Assembly: GCF_036321535.1 (NCBI RefSeq)
Contig: NC_087437.1
Location: forward strand, 43,836,001-43,900,000
DNA: 64,000 nt
Direction of reading: 5' to 3'
From: Camelus dromedarius
Lineage: Eukaryota
Made by a program: the position numbers and the translations under genes. This document shows positions 1 through 13,939 of the stretch, one piece after another (within the stretch, counting starts at the first letter, position 1; every line of letters begins with the position of its first letter). The notes beneath the pieces were generated by a model, which saw nothing but the letters and a program-made list of their open reading frames with translations, ran no database searches and was not told the DNA's origin.

Positions 1-449
1 TTATAAACATCATAGAATAGGGAATAATTGTCCTAAGGAACTATACGTGTTCTTTCACTGTTATCTGTGAGTATTTCTATGGAAACTGTTAAGGAACAAC
101 TGTAGCATGAAGGTGGTGAAAAAGAGAAGGGGTTTCATAGATTAATGGAGAAAAGTCATTGGCTATGTATACCTAGACACGAAGAGTATAACGAGGAATT
201 GAATAGTTATAACATTGAACTGAAAAGAAAAATACCTCAATTATTGGTTTAAATTAAAATATGGCTTACCATTTTCCATTTTACATGTGGAAACTTTGTG
301 ATGTATATGATACAAAACTTAAAATTACCTTTAACACTATATTTTATGAATATTGATTGGTTTTGTTTTCAGAAACTTATGACTGAATTAGAATGTGAAA
401 TTTTGTCTTGTGTTTTGAATTGTGTCTTTTGATATACTTTTATTAACAG

Positions 450-473
450 AAATATACAATTGTCAGATTTATG
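450..473 (+). CDS. Candidate 24-nt internal micro-exon of an unidentified gene
   Basis: Acceptor 'cttttgatatacttttattaacag|' and donor 'ATG|GTAATT'. Exon AAATATACAATTGTCAGATTTATG is open in all three frames (KYTIVRFM / NIQLSDL / IYNCQIY). Lies in unique sequence. Confidence 0.5.
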
Positions 474-929
474 GTAATTTAAAGTCAGCCTTTGGAAAAC
501 AAGGCTCCCCCCTAGTGACAGTCTCTAACAATGTTTCTGAGAATTTAAGCATTAGAAAAACAGTAGTATCTTATGTACTATGTGGTTACACATAGTCTAT
601 TAATATTGCTATTTAAACAATCCATAATAAATATAGAAAAAAATTTTATAATATCACTTGTTCAAACTGTGATAAAAAATGAGTCAGTTTTAGAAATCAT
701 ATAATTTGGGATATCTTTTTCCCTTTAATTCTACAAAAGTACATTGCTCATAGATAGCCTCATTAAAATATATTAACAAATGTGTATTAGACATCAGTTG
801 AAAAGATATTCAGCAATAGTATTCATGGTTAATTACCAATAAATGTATTTTTAACATATAACACGTGTGTGTGTGTATAAAACAGAAATGCTAACCAGGT
901 TTTGTTTTAAATATAACTCTTTTTTCATA

Positions 930-2030
930 CCATTTATCCTAGCATTGTATGAGAATACACTTTTTGGCTCATCTGCCTAATAATAGCTGTAATCAGTCTT
1001 TTAAATGTTTGCTAGTCTGGTAGGTGTGAAATGATAGCTTATTGTTTCTTTAATTTGGAAATCTCTGAGTTTGAGCTTCTTTTTAATGTTTTTACCCCTC
1101 CCCATTTGAATTTCCTAAGTAAATAGCCACTTAATTGCTCATTTTTTATTGAGTTGTTTATATCTACCATACCAAGGTTTAAGAACTCTTTTATAACATA
1201 AATTTTAATTACCCTCTTTATTTAATATTTCCCTAAATTTATAGTTTGTTGATTGAGTTGTTTGTTGTTTACCATACAGATATTTCAGAGCTTTGTATAG
1301 TTTGATATTTACCTGTTTGCTTTTATAATTTTCTAATATATTCATTCTTGATAATGAAAGTCTTTCAAAATACTACATTATACATACAATATGCAGTATT
1401 TTCTTGCAGAGTTTTTGTTGTTTTATATTCAAGTCTTTAATCCGATATTTTTAAAGATATGATGTAGAATAGTCATCTAATTTTATTTTCCTTCAGACAT
1501 ATATTTAGTTTTGCTAGTACCATTTCTTAAACCATTGACTCTTCTCTCCACTGGTCTCATTATTGGGGAGATTATTTATTTGATAGTAATCATAGTATCT
1601 AATGCTCTTTGTCAGTTCTTATGTTAATTCCATGATTGGAAAATAGAGGGTTTTTTTTTCAGTTAGTTCTGATATGTGCATATACCTTCCAGCAACTTTT
1701 TTTCTTCAAATTTTGGGCATCTACTCTTCCTTATAAATCTAAGATACTTTTATCTGATTAAGGACAAAAGTTGAGATTCTAATTGGGATTTCATTAAATA
1801 TAATAGTAACTTTTTAATGTAATATTAAGAATTCTTACTAAAAAAAAGTTTTAGTGTTTTCTACAAAAAGTTTCTGTGACCATTCTTGCTGAAAATAGCC
1901 CTATTTTATATTTTTTTGAGTACTGTGAATGAAATTTATGTATGTTTATATTGTTTTTAGCCTCTTTAACCGATTCTCTTATTCCCATAATTTCCTTTCA
2001 CTAGAACTTTCAAATAAGTGCTTTGTTTAT
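930..2030 (-). mobile_element. Highly decayed L1 (L1ME-like) ORF2/3' fragment
   Basis: Degenerate antisense L1 motifs such as 'tagcattgtatgagaatac', 'gtgtgaaatgatagcttattgtttctttaattt' and 'ttgagattctaattgggatttcatt'. Confidence 0.7.
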
Positions 2031-2929
2031 TTTGTTTTGTTTTAAGTAGTGTAACTTTCACGGCTTTTCAAGTTCCATTTCAAGTGTGGTCTGATAAGTT
2101 TGGCAATAGTAATGCTATTTGGAGGCAATGCACATTAGTATTTAGACTGCATGAAAGTATTGCCCATTATGTATAGAAGCTTTATGCCGCAGTGAGTGTG
2201 AGTACTTGTATTAATTCATCAGTCTCACTGATTCATTTTATCGGAAGATTTTTTTGGACAGATTTTCTAAAAATAGAATGATAATGATAATAAGTTATAT
2301 GACAGCTATCATTAAGTTATGCTTCTTCACCTACACCAAATAACCTCTTTGGAGTGTTACTTAAAATAGGAAAAATAGGAAATACAGAACTTTTGCCCTT
2401 AACATTTGCTATCATCTTCTCCCCCTTCCTCCAACACGCACACACACATAATCTTGGTTTGATTGGTTTGATTAGTATTGCAGAAGTACTTACACACTGA
2501 AGGATCCCTAGGGGAAAACAAAGAGGGATGCCTGGATTGCTTGAATTCCTGTTCTCAGTGGCTCTTTACACTGGCCGACTGTGTATTGCTTCTGCCTTTG
2601 ACATAATGAAGAACACAGGGATGATTAGACCTATGAGCCAGTCATGGCTTTGCTACTTAACTAGATGATAATAATCAGTGATTCTCCAAAAGTATCTTTT
2701 CCTCAGTTTTGTTTTTTCTTAACTATTTTAGGATTGTGAACTCTTTTTGACTGATGAGAATATAAAACCCTTCCCAAGAAGATATTTATATGCATATACA
2801 CAAAATTTTGCATGCTATGCAATTTAAGGGAATTAGGATCTCTTGAAGCCTGCCCTGCCTATGGACCTATCTGGTTCCATTATTTCTAGCACACATGAGT
2901 TTTAGTTTTTGTTCTACACACTATTTATT

Positions 2930-3035
2930 TTATCTTTGTCTAATCACTTAAACTCTCTGGCCCTTAGGTTTTCAGCTAAAGGGGTATAGATTGGATCTGA
3001 TGACCTCTAAAGCCTGTTCCAACTCTAACATCCTT
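2930..3035 (+). mobile_element. MIR/MIR3 fragment
   Basis: 'aatcacttaaactctctggccc...gatgacctctaaagcctgttccaactctaacatcct' resembles the MIR core plus the MIR3 tail. Confidence 0.65.
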
Positions 3036-3164
3036 TGGTAGCTGTAGGTAAAGGTTGTTGCATTACCATAGCCTAACCTGATGAACGTAGTACGCTCTTA
3101 TTCCACAATTAATAGAACTCATCCTAGTTAGTGTTTGCTATTGATTTAACTCTTTTGCATTCAT

Positions 3165-3700
3165 ACATTGTATGTAAGCTGATTTAACAGATGTTTATTG
3201 AGAACTAAGTGCAAATCACTGTGTAGGGCTTATAATTGAGTCCCTGCCCCTGAGGATCTTAAACGTAGGTTAGGAAGATGGATAATATAATGAATGCTGC
3301 TTAAGAGAGATATGAAGTATGGGAATTAAAAGGAATAAAACTGGAATCAGAAAAGTTCACTTGTAAAGGGCCATATGATAAATGTAGTTTTGTGGGCCAT
3401 GCAGTCTCTGTCATAACTATACAACTCTGCCATGGTATCATGAAAGCAGCCATGGATAGACAATACATGGGTATGGCTGTGTTCCAGTAAAACGCTGTTT
3501 ATAAAACCAAGCAGCAGGCCAGGATGATAGTTTGCCTACTCCTGGAATAAAGGATTATATTCACCAAGGAGCACTTTGTAGAAGAGATGGCATTTGGGAT
3601 GGGTTATAAAGGAATCATAGGCATTTGGATGGAGCAGAAGTCAGGGATAGGAATTCCGTGCTGGTGAAACAACCTGATCAAAGACTTAAAGTAGGAATGT
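3165..3700 (-). mobile_element. L2 3' fragment interrupted by MER58A
   Basis: 'atttaacagatgtttattgag...ccctgcccctgaggatctta', resuming after the MITE as 'tttgtagaagagatggcatttgggatggg'. Confidence 0.65.
3348..3544 (+). mobile_element. MER58A-like hAT-Charlie MITE
   Basis: 'tgtaaagggcca...ttttgtgggccatgcagtctctgtcataactatacaactctgcc...tggctgtgttccagtaaaac...tagtttgcctactcctg'. Confidence 0.85.
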
Positions 3701-6544
3701 TTCAGAAACTGTTACATCATTAATTCAAGTGGGGAACCAGTTTTTATTCATGTCATTCAATATTGGAGAGATTCCATGAGAAAGTTTGTCCATTATCATG
3801 AGTTAGAGGACCTTTAAATTTATTTTAACATTCTAAGTGTTGCTGTATTGCTGTTTGTGCTAGGAATTTTGGTAAAAGATGGATGATTTCAAGAAAATTG
3901 TGGGCTGCTGCTACTTTGTTTTAGGCTTGACATTTACTTTTGATTATGGTAATCAAGAGAGAAAGCTCTTTCAAAAATTTTCTATCACATGTTCTTGGTT
4001 TGGTGAGGGAAGTACCTCTCTTTTAACAACTTGAGATATAATTGGCATACAATGTACAATGCCTACTTAAAATATACAATTTGATAAGATTGAATTTGTT
4101 TATATTTATTTATACATTGTCAAACAGCACAACAATCAGGATAGTGGACATATCCATCATCCCCAAACATTTCCCCATGCCCCTTGGTAATCCCTCCCTC
4201 TCACTTCTCTTGACCTCTTTCTTATCACCAAGTAACTACTGTTATGCCTTCTGTCATTTTTTATTGGTTTTTATTTTCTACAGTTTTATATAAATGGAAT
4301 TTTATGATATGTACTCTTTTTTTCTTCTTTCATCTAGTGTAATTTTGGGATTCCTCTGTGTTATTTGTGACAGTAGTTACAATTCCATTCAAATCCAGGT
4401 CTTTCTGTTGTTTCCAGTTTTTTTGCTATCCCATGTAAAGCTCTATGAACATTTGTGTACAAATCTTTTTATGGTTATATGCTTTCTTTTATTTTGAGCA
4501 AATACTTATGAGTTAAAGCACTGGATGTTATGGTAGATGTATAAAGACTTTTTAAGAACCTGTCAAACTGGTTTCCAAAGTTATTGACCATTTCACATTC
4601 CAATCAGCAACATATACAAGTTCCAATTTCTCCACATTCTTGCCAACACTTGATATAGTTAGTCTTTTAATCATTCTAATAGGTTTGTAGGGGTAATATC
4701 ATTGTGATTTTAATGTGTATGTCTCTAATGACTCATGATGTTTAGCATCTTTTCATTTGCTTATTTGCCACCCACGTATCTTCTTTGGTGAAATTTCTGT
4801 TCAGATCTTTCGCCAAATTTTTATTGGGTTGTATGTTTTCTTATTATTAAGTTTTCAAAGTACTTTATATATTCCATATACAAGTCCTTCATCAGATATA
4901 TGATTTCTAATACTTTCTCTTAATCTGTGGCTTGTCTTTTTATTCTCCTAAACAATATCTTTTAAATAATAGAAGTTATTAATTTTGATGACATCTAGCT
5001 TACCATTTTACTATTTTATGAATTGTGCTTTTGGTGTCATATCTAACCTCATCTAAGGTCACAAAGACTTTCTCTCTTTTTTATTAAATTTTAGTCCCAG
5101 ATTTTATGCTAAGGCTATGATCCAACTTGAGTAAATTTTTGTATATGTTCCAAAGTATGGATTAGAATTCTTTTTTTTTTCGCAAATAAATTTACAATTT
5201 TTCTCCAGCACCATTTGCTTAAAGTCTTTTCTCTACTGAATTAATTACTTTTGCATCTTTGTCAGAATATTTTATTCATATGTTGTGGCTCTGTTTTGGA
5301 ATCTCTATTCTATTCCATTAATTTGTTTATTTTTGTATCAATACTATGCCATCTTGATTACTGTAGCTTTATAATAAGATTTGAAATCAGGTAGGATTGA
5401 CTTTCCAATTTTTCAAAGTCATTTTGGCTATTCTCAGTCCTTGGAGTTCACACGTGAATTTTGGAATCAGTTTTTGAATTTTTATAAGACAGCTTGATGG
5501 AATTTTGGTTAAAATTATGTTGCATGTATAGATTAATTTGGGGAGAATTAATATTTTAACACTATTGAGTCTTCTGACCCATGGGCAAGGTTTATCTCTA
5601 TTTATTTAGGTTATCTTTAATAAATAAAGTTTTCAGTGTACAAGCTTTGCCCATATTTTGCCAGATTTTCACCTATTTTATATTTTTGATATGATTGTAA
5701 GTGGTATTTTGTTTTTATTTCAATTTCTGTTGTTTATTTCTAGTATATACAAGCAAAATTAATTTTTTAGTATTAAAGTGTATTCTGCAACTTCCTAAAC
5801 TAATTTTTTGGTGCTAATGGCTTTTTTATAGATTCCAGCAGTTTTCAACATAGATGATCATATTATTTGTAAACAAAGATATTGTTACTGTGTCATCTAA
5901 TTTAAATGCCTTTTATTTATTTTTCTTATTTCAGTGGCTGGAACTTTCTGTACCATGTTGAGTAGAGGTGGTGAGAGTAGACATTCTTGTGTTGTTGGTG
6001 ATCATTCAGGCTTTTATGCAGACTTGTACTATTAAGTATGATGATAGATACAGATTTTTCGGATTCTGGATTTATCAGGTTGAGAAAGTTTATGTCTATT
6101 ACTAGTACTCTGAAAATTTGTATTAGAAAAGGATGCTGGATTTTTGACAGATGCTTTTTCTTTGGCTGTTAAAATGGTTTATATACTTTTTTGTTATATG
6201 ATAAAATATATTGCTTTTTGCACGTTTAATTAACTTAGCATTCCTAGGATAATCCCCACTTTGTAATGATGTATCTCACTTTTGTACAATGTTGGATTAG
6301 ATGTGCTAAATTTTTTTTTTTTTTTGGATCCTTTCACCTGTGTTCATGAGGGCTATTGTCTGTAGTTTTACTTTAAGTCTTTGCTTGGTTTTGGTGCCAA
6401 TGTAATGTTGGCCTCATAGAATCAGTTGGATAGTATTCCCTTCTCTTCAATTTCTGGATGGATTTGTGTAGAATTTATATTATTTCATCCCTAAATACAT
6501 GGTAGAATTCTCAAGTCAAACTATCTGGGCTTGGAGCTTTCTTA

Positions 6545-7140
6545 TTTTCTTTGGTTTTCTCCTGTGTTATCTTCTATAGGTTTTACAGTTTTGCATTTTA
6601 CATTTAGGTCTGTTTTCCATTTTGAGTTAATTTTTGTGAACTGTTTTAAGTTCAGTATCTAGATTCCTTTTTTTTTTTTTCCATGTAGATGTCCAGCTGT
6701 TCCAGCACCATTTGTTGAAAAGACTATCTTTGCTCCATTACATTGCCTTTCACCTTTTTCAAATTCAGTTGACTGTATTTATCTGGGTCTACCTATGGGC
6801 TCTCTGTTTTGTTCCATTGCTCTATTTGTCTGTTCTTTCACCAATACCACACTGTCTTTATTACTGTAGTTTATAGTATGTCTTGAAGTTGGGTCGTGTC
6901 AGTCTTCTGACTTTGTTCATCTCCTTAAATATTGTGTTGGCTTTTCTGGGTCTTTTGCCTCTCCACTTAAACTTTAGAGTCAGCTTGTTGATATCCACAA
7001 AATAAATTGCTGGAATTCTGATTGGGCTTGAGTTGAGTCTATAGATCAAGTAGGGAAAAACTGGCATCGTGACAATATTGAGTCTTCCTATATATGAACA
7101 TGGATTTTTCTCTCCATTTATTTAAATCTTCTTTGATCTT
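6545..7140 (-). mobile_element. Second, better-preserved L1 ORF2 fragment embedded in the preceding L1
   Basis: ORF 6861-7067 (LIYRLNSSPIRIPAIYFVDINKLTLKFKW...LTRPNFKTYYK) matches the L1 ORF2 'IYRFNAIPIK...LPDFKLYYK' region. The same region is already present at about 5060-5620. Confidence 0.8.
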
Positions 7141-8314
7141 TTTTTTTTTTTTCTTTTTGTGAGAGAAGTTTTTAACTACAAATTCAGCCTCTTTAATGGA
7201 CACAGGTCTATACAAGGTTTTCTGGTTTTTTTTTTTAAATGAGCCCAGGTAGTTGCCATCTTCTTGTTAGGTTTTATGTTTCATCTATTGATACTGTTAA
7301 TTTGTATCAAGTCTCCTTTTATTGTCATCCTTTTAGATAAGGGTTATAAGTTGTTTTGATTTTTCTCAAATAAACAGCTTATTATTTCATTGATTTTCAT
7401 TATTGTTTTATATTTCTATTTTGATATTTTCTGCTCTGACTATAATTAATCTCTGTAATTATGGATTTATTTCTCCTCAAATTCTGTTAATTTTTGCTTT
7501 GTATATGTTGACATTCCCTTAGTAGATGTGTAGATCTTTAGGATTATTATGTTTTCTTGATTAGAAGTTAACCCCTTTATCACTATAATAACCTTTTTTC
7601 CCTAGTGTTATTCTTTGCTTTGAAACCTAGTTTTCTGATATTAATATAGCCACTCCAGCCTTCTTTTGACTGCTATTAGCATGGTGTATATTTGTTCATC
7701 CTTTTACTTTTAGCCTGTTTGTTTTTTAAATTTAAAATGTTTCATGTAAGCAGTGAACAGTTGTCTTGCTTTTTTCTTAAATTCAGTTTTATAATTTTGA
7801 CTTCTTATTGCAGTGTTTATAAATAATTAACATATTTTATGATTATGATTACATATATTGATATGGTGAGGTTTATCATCTTGCTATTTATTTTCTATTT
7901 ATTCCATCCTTATTTTGATCTTCTTCACTGTTTTATTTTCCATCTTTTAGTTGAGTACTTTTAAAATTATTTCATGCTATTTCAATTGTTGGCTTATTAT
8001 TAGCTATAATTCTTTTTGTGATTTTAGTGGTTGCTTTAGAATTTATGACATACATTTGTTACCTTAGAGTCTACGTTTAAGTGACATTGTACCACTTTAT
8101 AGTATAAAAATTTTATAGTAGTATTCTGCTATTTTTCTCCTCCCATTTTGTGATGTTATTGTCATATATTTTACTTATACACACATTATATTCCCCACAA
8201 CACCCTCCTCTTCTTTTCCCCTTCCCTTCCCTTCTCTTGTCTTTTATTTTTGGTTCTCCTTCTTTTCTATTTCTTTTTGCATAGTTTCCATTGCTTTGTT
8301 TTCAAATTCACCAG

Positions 8315-8384
8315 TCTTTTTTCTGATTTATGTAGTTTGCTGATAAGTTGATCTTTTTTCTGATTTATGTAGTTTGCTGATAAG
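8315..8384. repeat. Perfect 33-bp direct duplication (period 37)
   Basis: tcttttttctgatttatgtagtttgctgataag at 8315-8347 and 8352-8384. Confidence 0.95.
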
Positions 8385-9504
8385 GTGTACTTTTCACCTA
8401 AGACATTATACTTTTCATTTTTATAGTGTGATTTAAAAAATATCTTCTATTTCTCTTCTTAACTCTAAAAGTGGAATTTCTTTCCTTATATTTTCTACAC
8501 AATACAGTATATTTCCATTTTCCTCATTTTGGGGGGCTTTTTGTCATAGATTTTTATTTTCATATATCTACAGAACCCAGGTTATATTATTTTTTTGCTT
8601 TAAGCACTCCATTATATTTTAAGTAGATTTTTATTTGATAAAATAGCTTTTACTCACATATCTTCGCATTTATTTTTATTCTTCTCTTTCTTTCCTCTAC
8701 CATCTATTCATAGTGGGTTCTATCAGTACTGCCTTTCTGGTTCTCATATCTATCTCCTTTTTTTAACAGGAGTTGACAGTTGACAGTTGACAGTTGCCTG
8801 GACAACTAAATGCCTGGTTTCCTTCTGTTACCTCCCTCTCTCAGTTGACTACTGCTGAAGAGTTCTTGCTGCAGTAACTAGCATACCATTTACTCTCCTT
8901 TCCCAAGGCCCCACAATTAATGAATCTGAATCTGACTGGATCTCCTAATAACAAGTTTGTTGTTCTTTCTGTTGCTTCACTGTGCAGATACTTCACTTCC
9001 ATTAGTCGAGGAATGCCTTGAAGCTTGGAAACGTGATTAAATGATATACAACAAATAAGGACTATAGGAATTTAAAGAAAGAGATATCAGTATGGCTGAT
9101 AGCAGTTTTAAATGCCTTCATGAGGAGGATTAAGTTGAGCAGTTTAAACATTTAAGTAACAAGAAATAAATGAGAATGCCAATAAATGCTGGCTGTGTGA
9201 TCATTTTAATATCATATGAGAAGGCATCTATAAGAATGAATTGATTATCCATTTGAGTAACTTCTTCAGAGGTCATTTTTAGAATTAGATTTGTCAATGC
9301 TTTGCATTAACAAAAGAAGAATGATTCTCATGTAAATGTTAAAATTTTAAACTGTTTTAATGGACCGGAGCCAACATTTTCTTCTGGAGAAAGTGATCTC
9401 TACAGTTGGAATGTAATTAATAGAAAACTATGATTTGATTTGCAAATCATTCATTTTTGCACATAAGCATTCATTCAATGAGTAATTGTTGAACCTGTAT
9501 CTAT

Positions 9505-9800
9505 AGAAGATTAAATTGGCAGGCCAAATTTCACCTGAAGATTTATTTGGTCTGTACGGCATTTGAAAAATATTTGAGTTGGTAACTCACCTTTAAGAAT
9601 CAGGTTTCATATATATTACCCTGAATTTCTGTAATTTTTTAATATAAGGAACCACCTGATTTAACAACACTAGTGTGCCTCCCCTCAGTGGAACAATTGG
9701 CTGCAGCAATGTAGCAGGTACACATTTCAGGAGTAGGCACTTCCTAAATCGCCATATATCCTTCTCATTTATGTTGTCTTGCTGCCTGTTATACTCATTC
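9505..9800 (-). mobile_element. MER102-like hAT-Charlie element
   Basis: 'gcaggccaaatttcacctgaagatttatttggtctgtac...aacactagtg...aacaattggctgcagc' resembles the reverse complement of MER102. Confidence 0.55.
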
Positions 9801-10299
9801 GACATCATGATTCTTGATGTCCTTTGTGTATGATACTCCTCGAGATATGTGATGGATCCTTCCAACAATGAAAGTAGGAGGTAAATATGATGCAAGGAGG
9901 TAAAAATGATAAACTACATGAGAAAGGCTGACATTTATATTCAGTAACATTGTTTTGACCATCATGGAATACTGGATTCCCAAATAGTTATGATAAGCAA
10001 CCTTTTTATTTTGCCTGTCAATCTAGGAAATTTATCAACAGTTGCACACAGCCTCACTTCTGCATAAACTATAGAAAATTTGAACCTGCCCACTTAGGAA
10101 TGTTGCAGGAAGAACAATAATATGAGGAATGGGGAAATAAACAATGCCATGTATATCTTTTTCTTTTCTGCTGAGGGTTCCAAAAGCTGTTTATAGATTG
10201 ATAGGCTAACGTTTTCTTTTCGTAATTTTTTTTAACTCAACTATGCAACAGTAATCAGTTATCACCACTGAACCCTTTAGCTACTTCTAGCGGACATCA

Positions 10300-10829
10300 A
10301 ATATTTGTCCATATAATACCCCTTCTCTTATTTTTGGAGAAAGTCCAAAACACTCACACACATCTGGATACCTCACTTTATCCATGAGGCTTTTAACAGG
10401 AACTGCTACCTTCTTTATGCTCAACTTTTAACCACAGCCAGAAGGTTAGTGAGTCAGTGACTGAAGCTCGGCCAGTAAGAAACTTTTTTTTTCTGGCATT
10501 TTTTTTAAACAGATGCAGATATAGAGGTGAGTGTTGCAGAAGATTGCTTGTTTCTCCAATCCTGAAGCTTAAAGGATGGAAACTGGGAGGCTGCTAGTGG
10601 CCATGTCTATGGCCAGGTAGACAAAGTCAGTCTTTAATAGGTAGGAACAAAGTCAGCGCATAGGAGAAGAGTAACAGCATGATACAAAGTCCTTTATCTG
10701 TGGTATCTGGAAGCCAGATGTATCATTCCTTTTCCATGGTTTGTTCTTATGAGGCAAAATCAATTCTTGTTTGATCTAAACTAGTTGAAGCATATGTCAT
10801 TTGCAGCCAAAATAGTTCTGATCAATGCA
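10300..10829 (+). mobile_element. Old MaLR solo LTR (MLT1K/L-like)
   Basis: 'gtgactgaagctcggccagtaag', 'ggctgctagtggccatg', and 3' end 'tgtcatttgcagccaaaatagttctgatcaatgca'. Confidence 0.65.
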
Positions 10830-10879
10830 CCACTATATTTTTTCAACTTTAATAATTTAATCCAATGATTACTTTTAAT

Positions 10880-11620
10880 GCCCATAATTTAATGCCCAAA
10901 GAATCTGCTATGTGTTTTGGAATTCAGACAAGAATAATACACAGGCTTTGCTTTCATAGAACTTGAAGTCTAGAAAGGGAAATTAGGTAAATCCACAAGG
11001 CTAGAATAATTCAGGGTTATATGAAGTATATGAGAAAAATTGTAATTAAAAGAGGAAGCAGTTATTGTGTTGAGAGAATTGGGATAGTTTTCCCTGAAGA
11101 GGCGGCATTTGAGATGGATTAGGTTTCCGTGGACAGACATGGGGGAGGCATTAAGTTTGGAAACATGGAGTACTTTTCAACAATAGTAAATGGTACAGTT
11201 TAGCTGTAAGTAGCTAAGATGTCTAGGCTGGAATTGTGAAGTAAGTCATGGCTATTTTGTGGAGGCCTGGAATGTGAAGGTCAATTAGCTGTATTTGATT
11301 TGGTGAATATGAGGGGAGAATATTGAATATTTTTGAATGTAGATACGCTATGATCACAACTGCATTTCAGGATTAGTTTTGCAGTAGTAAATCATTTATG
11401 CAAGGAAATGGATTTACATAAGGAAAGCTAACAGACAGAAAAATTAGTTTAGAAGATGTTATGATTATCAAGTGTAAGGGTGATGATGACCTGAAATAGA
11501 TCCATGAGAGTGGAATAGAAAATGGATGTCAGGTAAAAATGGTATGTTGGGAGAAGAGAAAAAATCAGAAATAGTTCAGAAATTTTATATATAGCCAATT
11601 AGTTTGATGGTAATACTAAT
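10880..11620 (-). mobile_element. L2 fragment
   Basis: 'ctttgctttcatagaacttgaagtctag', 'ttccctgaagaggcggcatttgagatgg' and 'tgatcacaactgcatttcagga'. Confidence 0.7.
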
Positions 11621-11764
11621 AACCAATGAAGATTAGAAACCCTATCAACCTCTATCCTTTAACACCCAAGCCACATACCATTTTTTTATTACTTTAAGTA
11701 AAAGGCTAAACTTGATCCTAATGCAGTTTTTCTTCATCTTCACCACTATAATCAAAAGAACACA

Positions 11765-11890
11765 TAATTTGGAGTTGTCTAGAACTGATTTTAAATCTAG
11801 GCTCAGCTGTTTTATAGCTGTGAGATTTAGATAAAATACTTAACCTTTTAAAATCTTAGTTTCGTTCCCTTTGTTATTAATATAATAGGA
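11765..11890 (+). mobile_element. MIR fragment
   Basis: 'tttaaatctaggctcagctgtttatagctgtgagatttagataaaatacttaacctttt...agtttc' core-SINE motif. Confidence 0.6.
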
Positions 11891-13939
11891 ATATACTAAA
11901 AACATTGAATCATGCATTTCAAATGGGTGAATTTTATTGTATGCAAATTACATCTGAACAATGATCTTTTTAAAAAAGTCAAGAACCCCTGGTTTCAAGT
12001 TCAGAGGAAACAGGCAGCCTATACTTTTCAAAACATGTGGAGAGTATAGAGGAGGGAAAGCTTAGATGAATTGAAAATAATGGACTGAACTATGTAAGGG
12101 AGGGGGATGTCACCATCTATTTGACAGGTGGGAAGAGCTTTCTATTCAGAAAACATGCCTTCGAGAGCCTGTTTGGTTATCTTATTGAATGAAGTGGGAA
12201 TTGGTGGGTTTCTAGTTCATGATTAGCAAAATAAGCTGCCCAGTTAATCTCTTCATACTTTAGAATCACATTTAAAAATATTTAGTGCTACCTGTAGTCT
12301 TAATTAAAATTTGTAGTGGGGTTGGCATCATGGAAGAAAAAGGAGAGATATGTACTTTTAAAGTATTTTATAGGTATATAAAGGAATACTGATATTTTCC
12401 AGAGCTATTGTCAGCAAGAATGAGTAAACCATTTTCTGGAAGCACATAGCCATAAGAAGTGAATCAACCGTTTAAGAACATTAGACACTCACTATCTTGT
12501 AAGAAATTACTTTAGAATGGGATATTGCTTAATGGAAGAATTATGTTATCAATTTTGGGTGATCAGTATATTCTCAGAAAGTACATTATGAACCTTAGAT
12601 CACCATAACCTACATCAGTATTACTAGTGTTCTTTTTCAAACCTGTATCATTTTTCACCATTATATCAATTACTGAATTTTATAACTTTGAGGTATGATT
12701 ATATGACATCTTCCCCATGCTCTATAGTACCTTTCGGCTATACTTTATACTATATACTATACTCAGCAGCAGTCTGAGTAAAACTTGTAAATCTTAGAAG
12801 CCTCAGGTAGTCAAAGCACCCTCTTAGACTAAACTGTTTTTTAACATAGTTATAAAAAATCCTGAACATTCTGTACTCTTCTTGAAAGTTTCATATTGGT
12901 AGTACTCTTTAAATTATTTGTCATCATTCTCATTGTCGAGTGTTGGATATTGAGACAGTTGGTTTTTGATGTCAGCTCACTTGTTCTTCTCCAACGTTTA
13001 TAATTTGCTTAAATAAATTAACACCAGTTTAATATATAGCTGGTATCCTCAAGAATCACTCTGCTGGTAATTTAACATAGATGTCCCTTCTAAGGAATTC
13101 TTTGTGTCCTAAACAATCTTCTGAAGTATTGATATTTTTTTTCTTTCAGCTTGATGTTGCTTCAAGTTGTCCTAACATATCCTATAGACTTGCATTGTAA
13201 TATTCCATGCTTATTTCTCAAAGGAAATGTTCATATCATTCTCTTTCAACACATTTTCCCCAAATTTTGATCATTATACTCTGTATTAAATTTATAAAAC
13301 ACTCTTATCAAAGGAAGTGAATTCTTTTTCAAATGCATGCTTGTTTTTCCTGTATTAATAAAGATCATTTCATTGTCTTGATTCCTTTGTCACTTGATGT
13401 ACTAAAAACTAGATACTTTTAAAATTTACTGGTTCAGAATACCTGGATACCATTTGGAAGTCAACAGTTAGTTGCTTTGAATTGTATCACAGAATCCAAG
13501 ATAATTTTTATAAATTAATATATAACTTAAATCCTAAAACCTGTTGTGGCAGGTTCTATTTTTCTAGGACTAATATTTGAGAAAATGAAAGTGGTTGGAA
13601 TATTCAATCTTGATGGAAGTAACTTTGGAGTAACTTAAGGCACTGCCATGAGGGATACCTACCATAGTTATTTTTTGGTGCTCAAAGCAACATCTGTGTG
13701 CATTTAGAATTTGAAAGGCAGTTTGTCCTCAGAGAATGAATGAAATTTGTCTAAGAAGTCTGGAAGTTTCGTGGTCTTCAGCTGTGCAAACATTTCCCAA
13801 ATCAGCTGAATTTATAATAATCTCTTCAATTAAATAAGTACTTTTGTGTTAGTTCTAAGTCCTCTCCAGCAGTGCCATTGCTGTGGCAAAATAGCAAGGT
13901 AGAACCAGAGTCTTTGGGCTTGTGGAATTGCAGAGGGAT

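Larger units (their letters stand above)
4025..8700 (-). mobile_element. Old L1 (L1MC/L1MD-like): 3' end at left, decayed ORF2 extending right
   Basis: 3' end 'aacaacttgagatataattggcatacaat...ccatcatccccaaacatttccccatgccc', followed by collinear antisense ORF2 motifs with many stops and indels. Confidence 0.9.

Noticed and set aside
16..72. Upstream exon ending at TCT|GTGAGT (67)
   Set aside because: The donor looks plausible, but no pyrimidine-rich acceptor is visible and the window edge hides the context.
373..449. Exon starting after 'ttttgttttcag|' (KLMTELE...)
   Set aside because: No convincing donor before the next acceptor, and an in-frame stop follows. At most an alternative acceptor for the 450-473 exon.
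503..521. CTCF-like site on the minus strand (TGTCACTAGGGGGGAG)
   Set aside because: Two mismatches at core positions; not supportable without a PWM scan.
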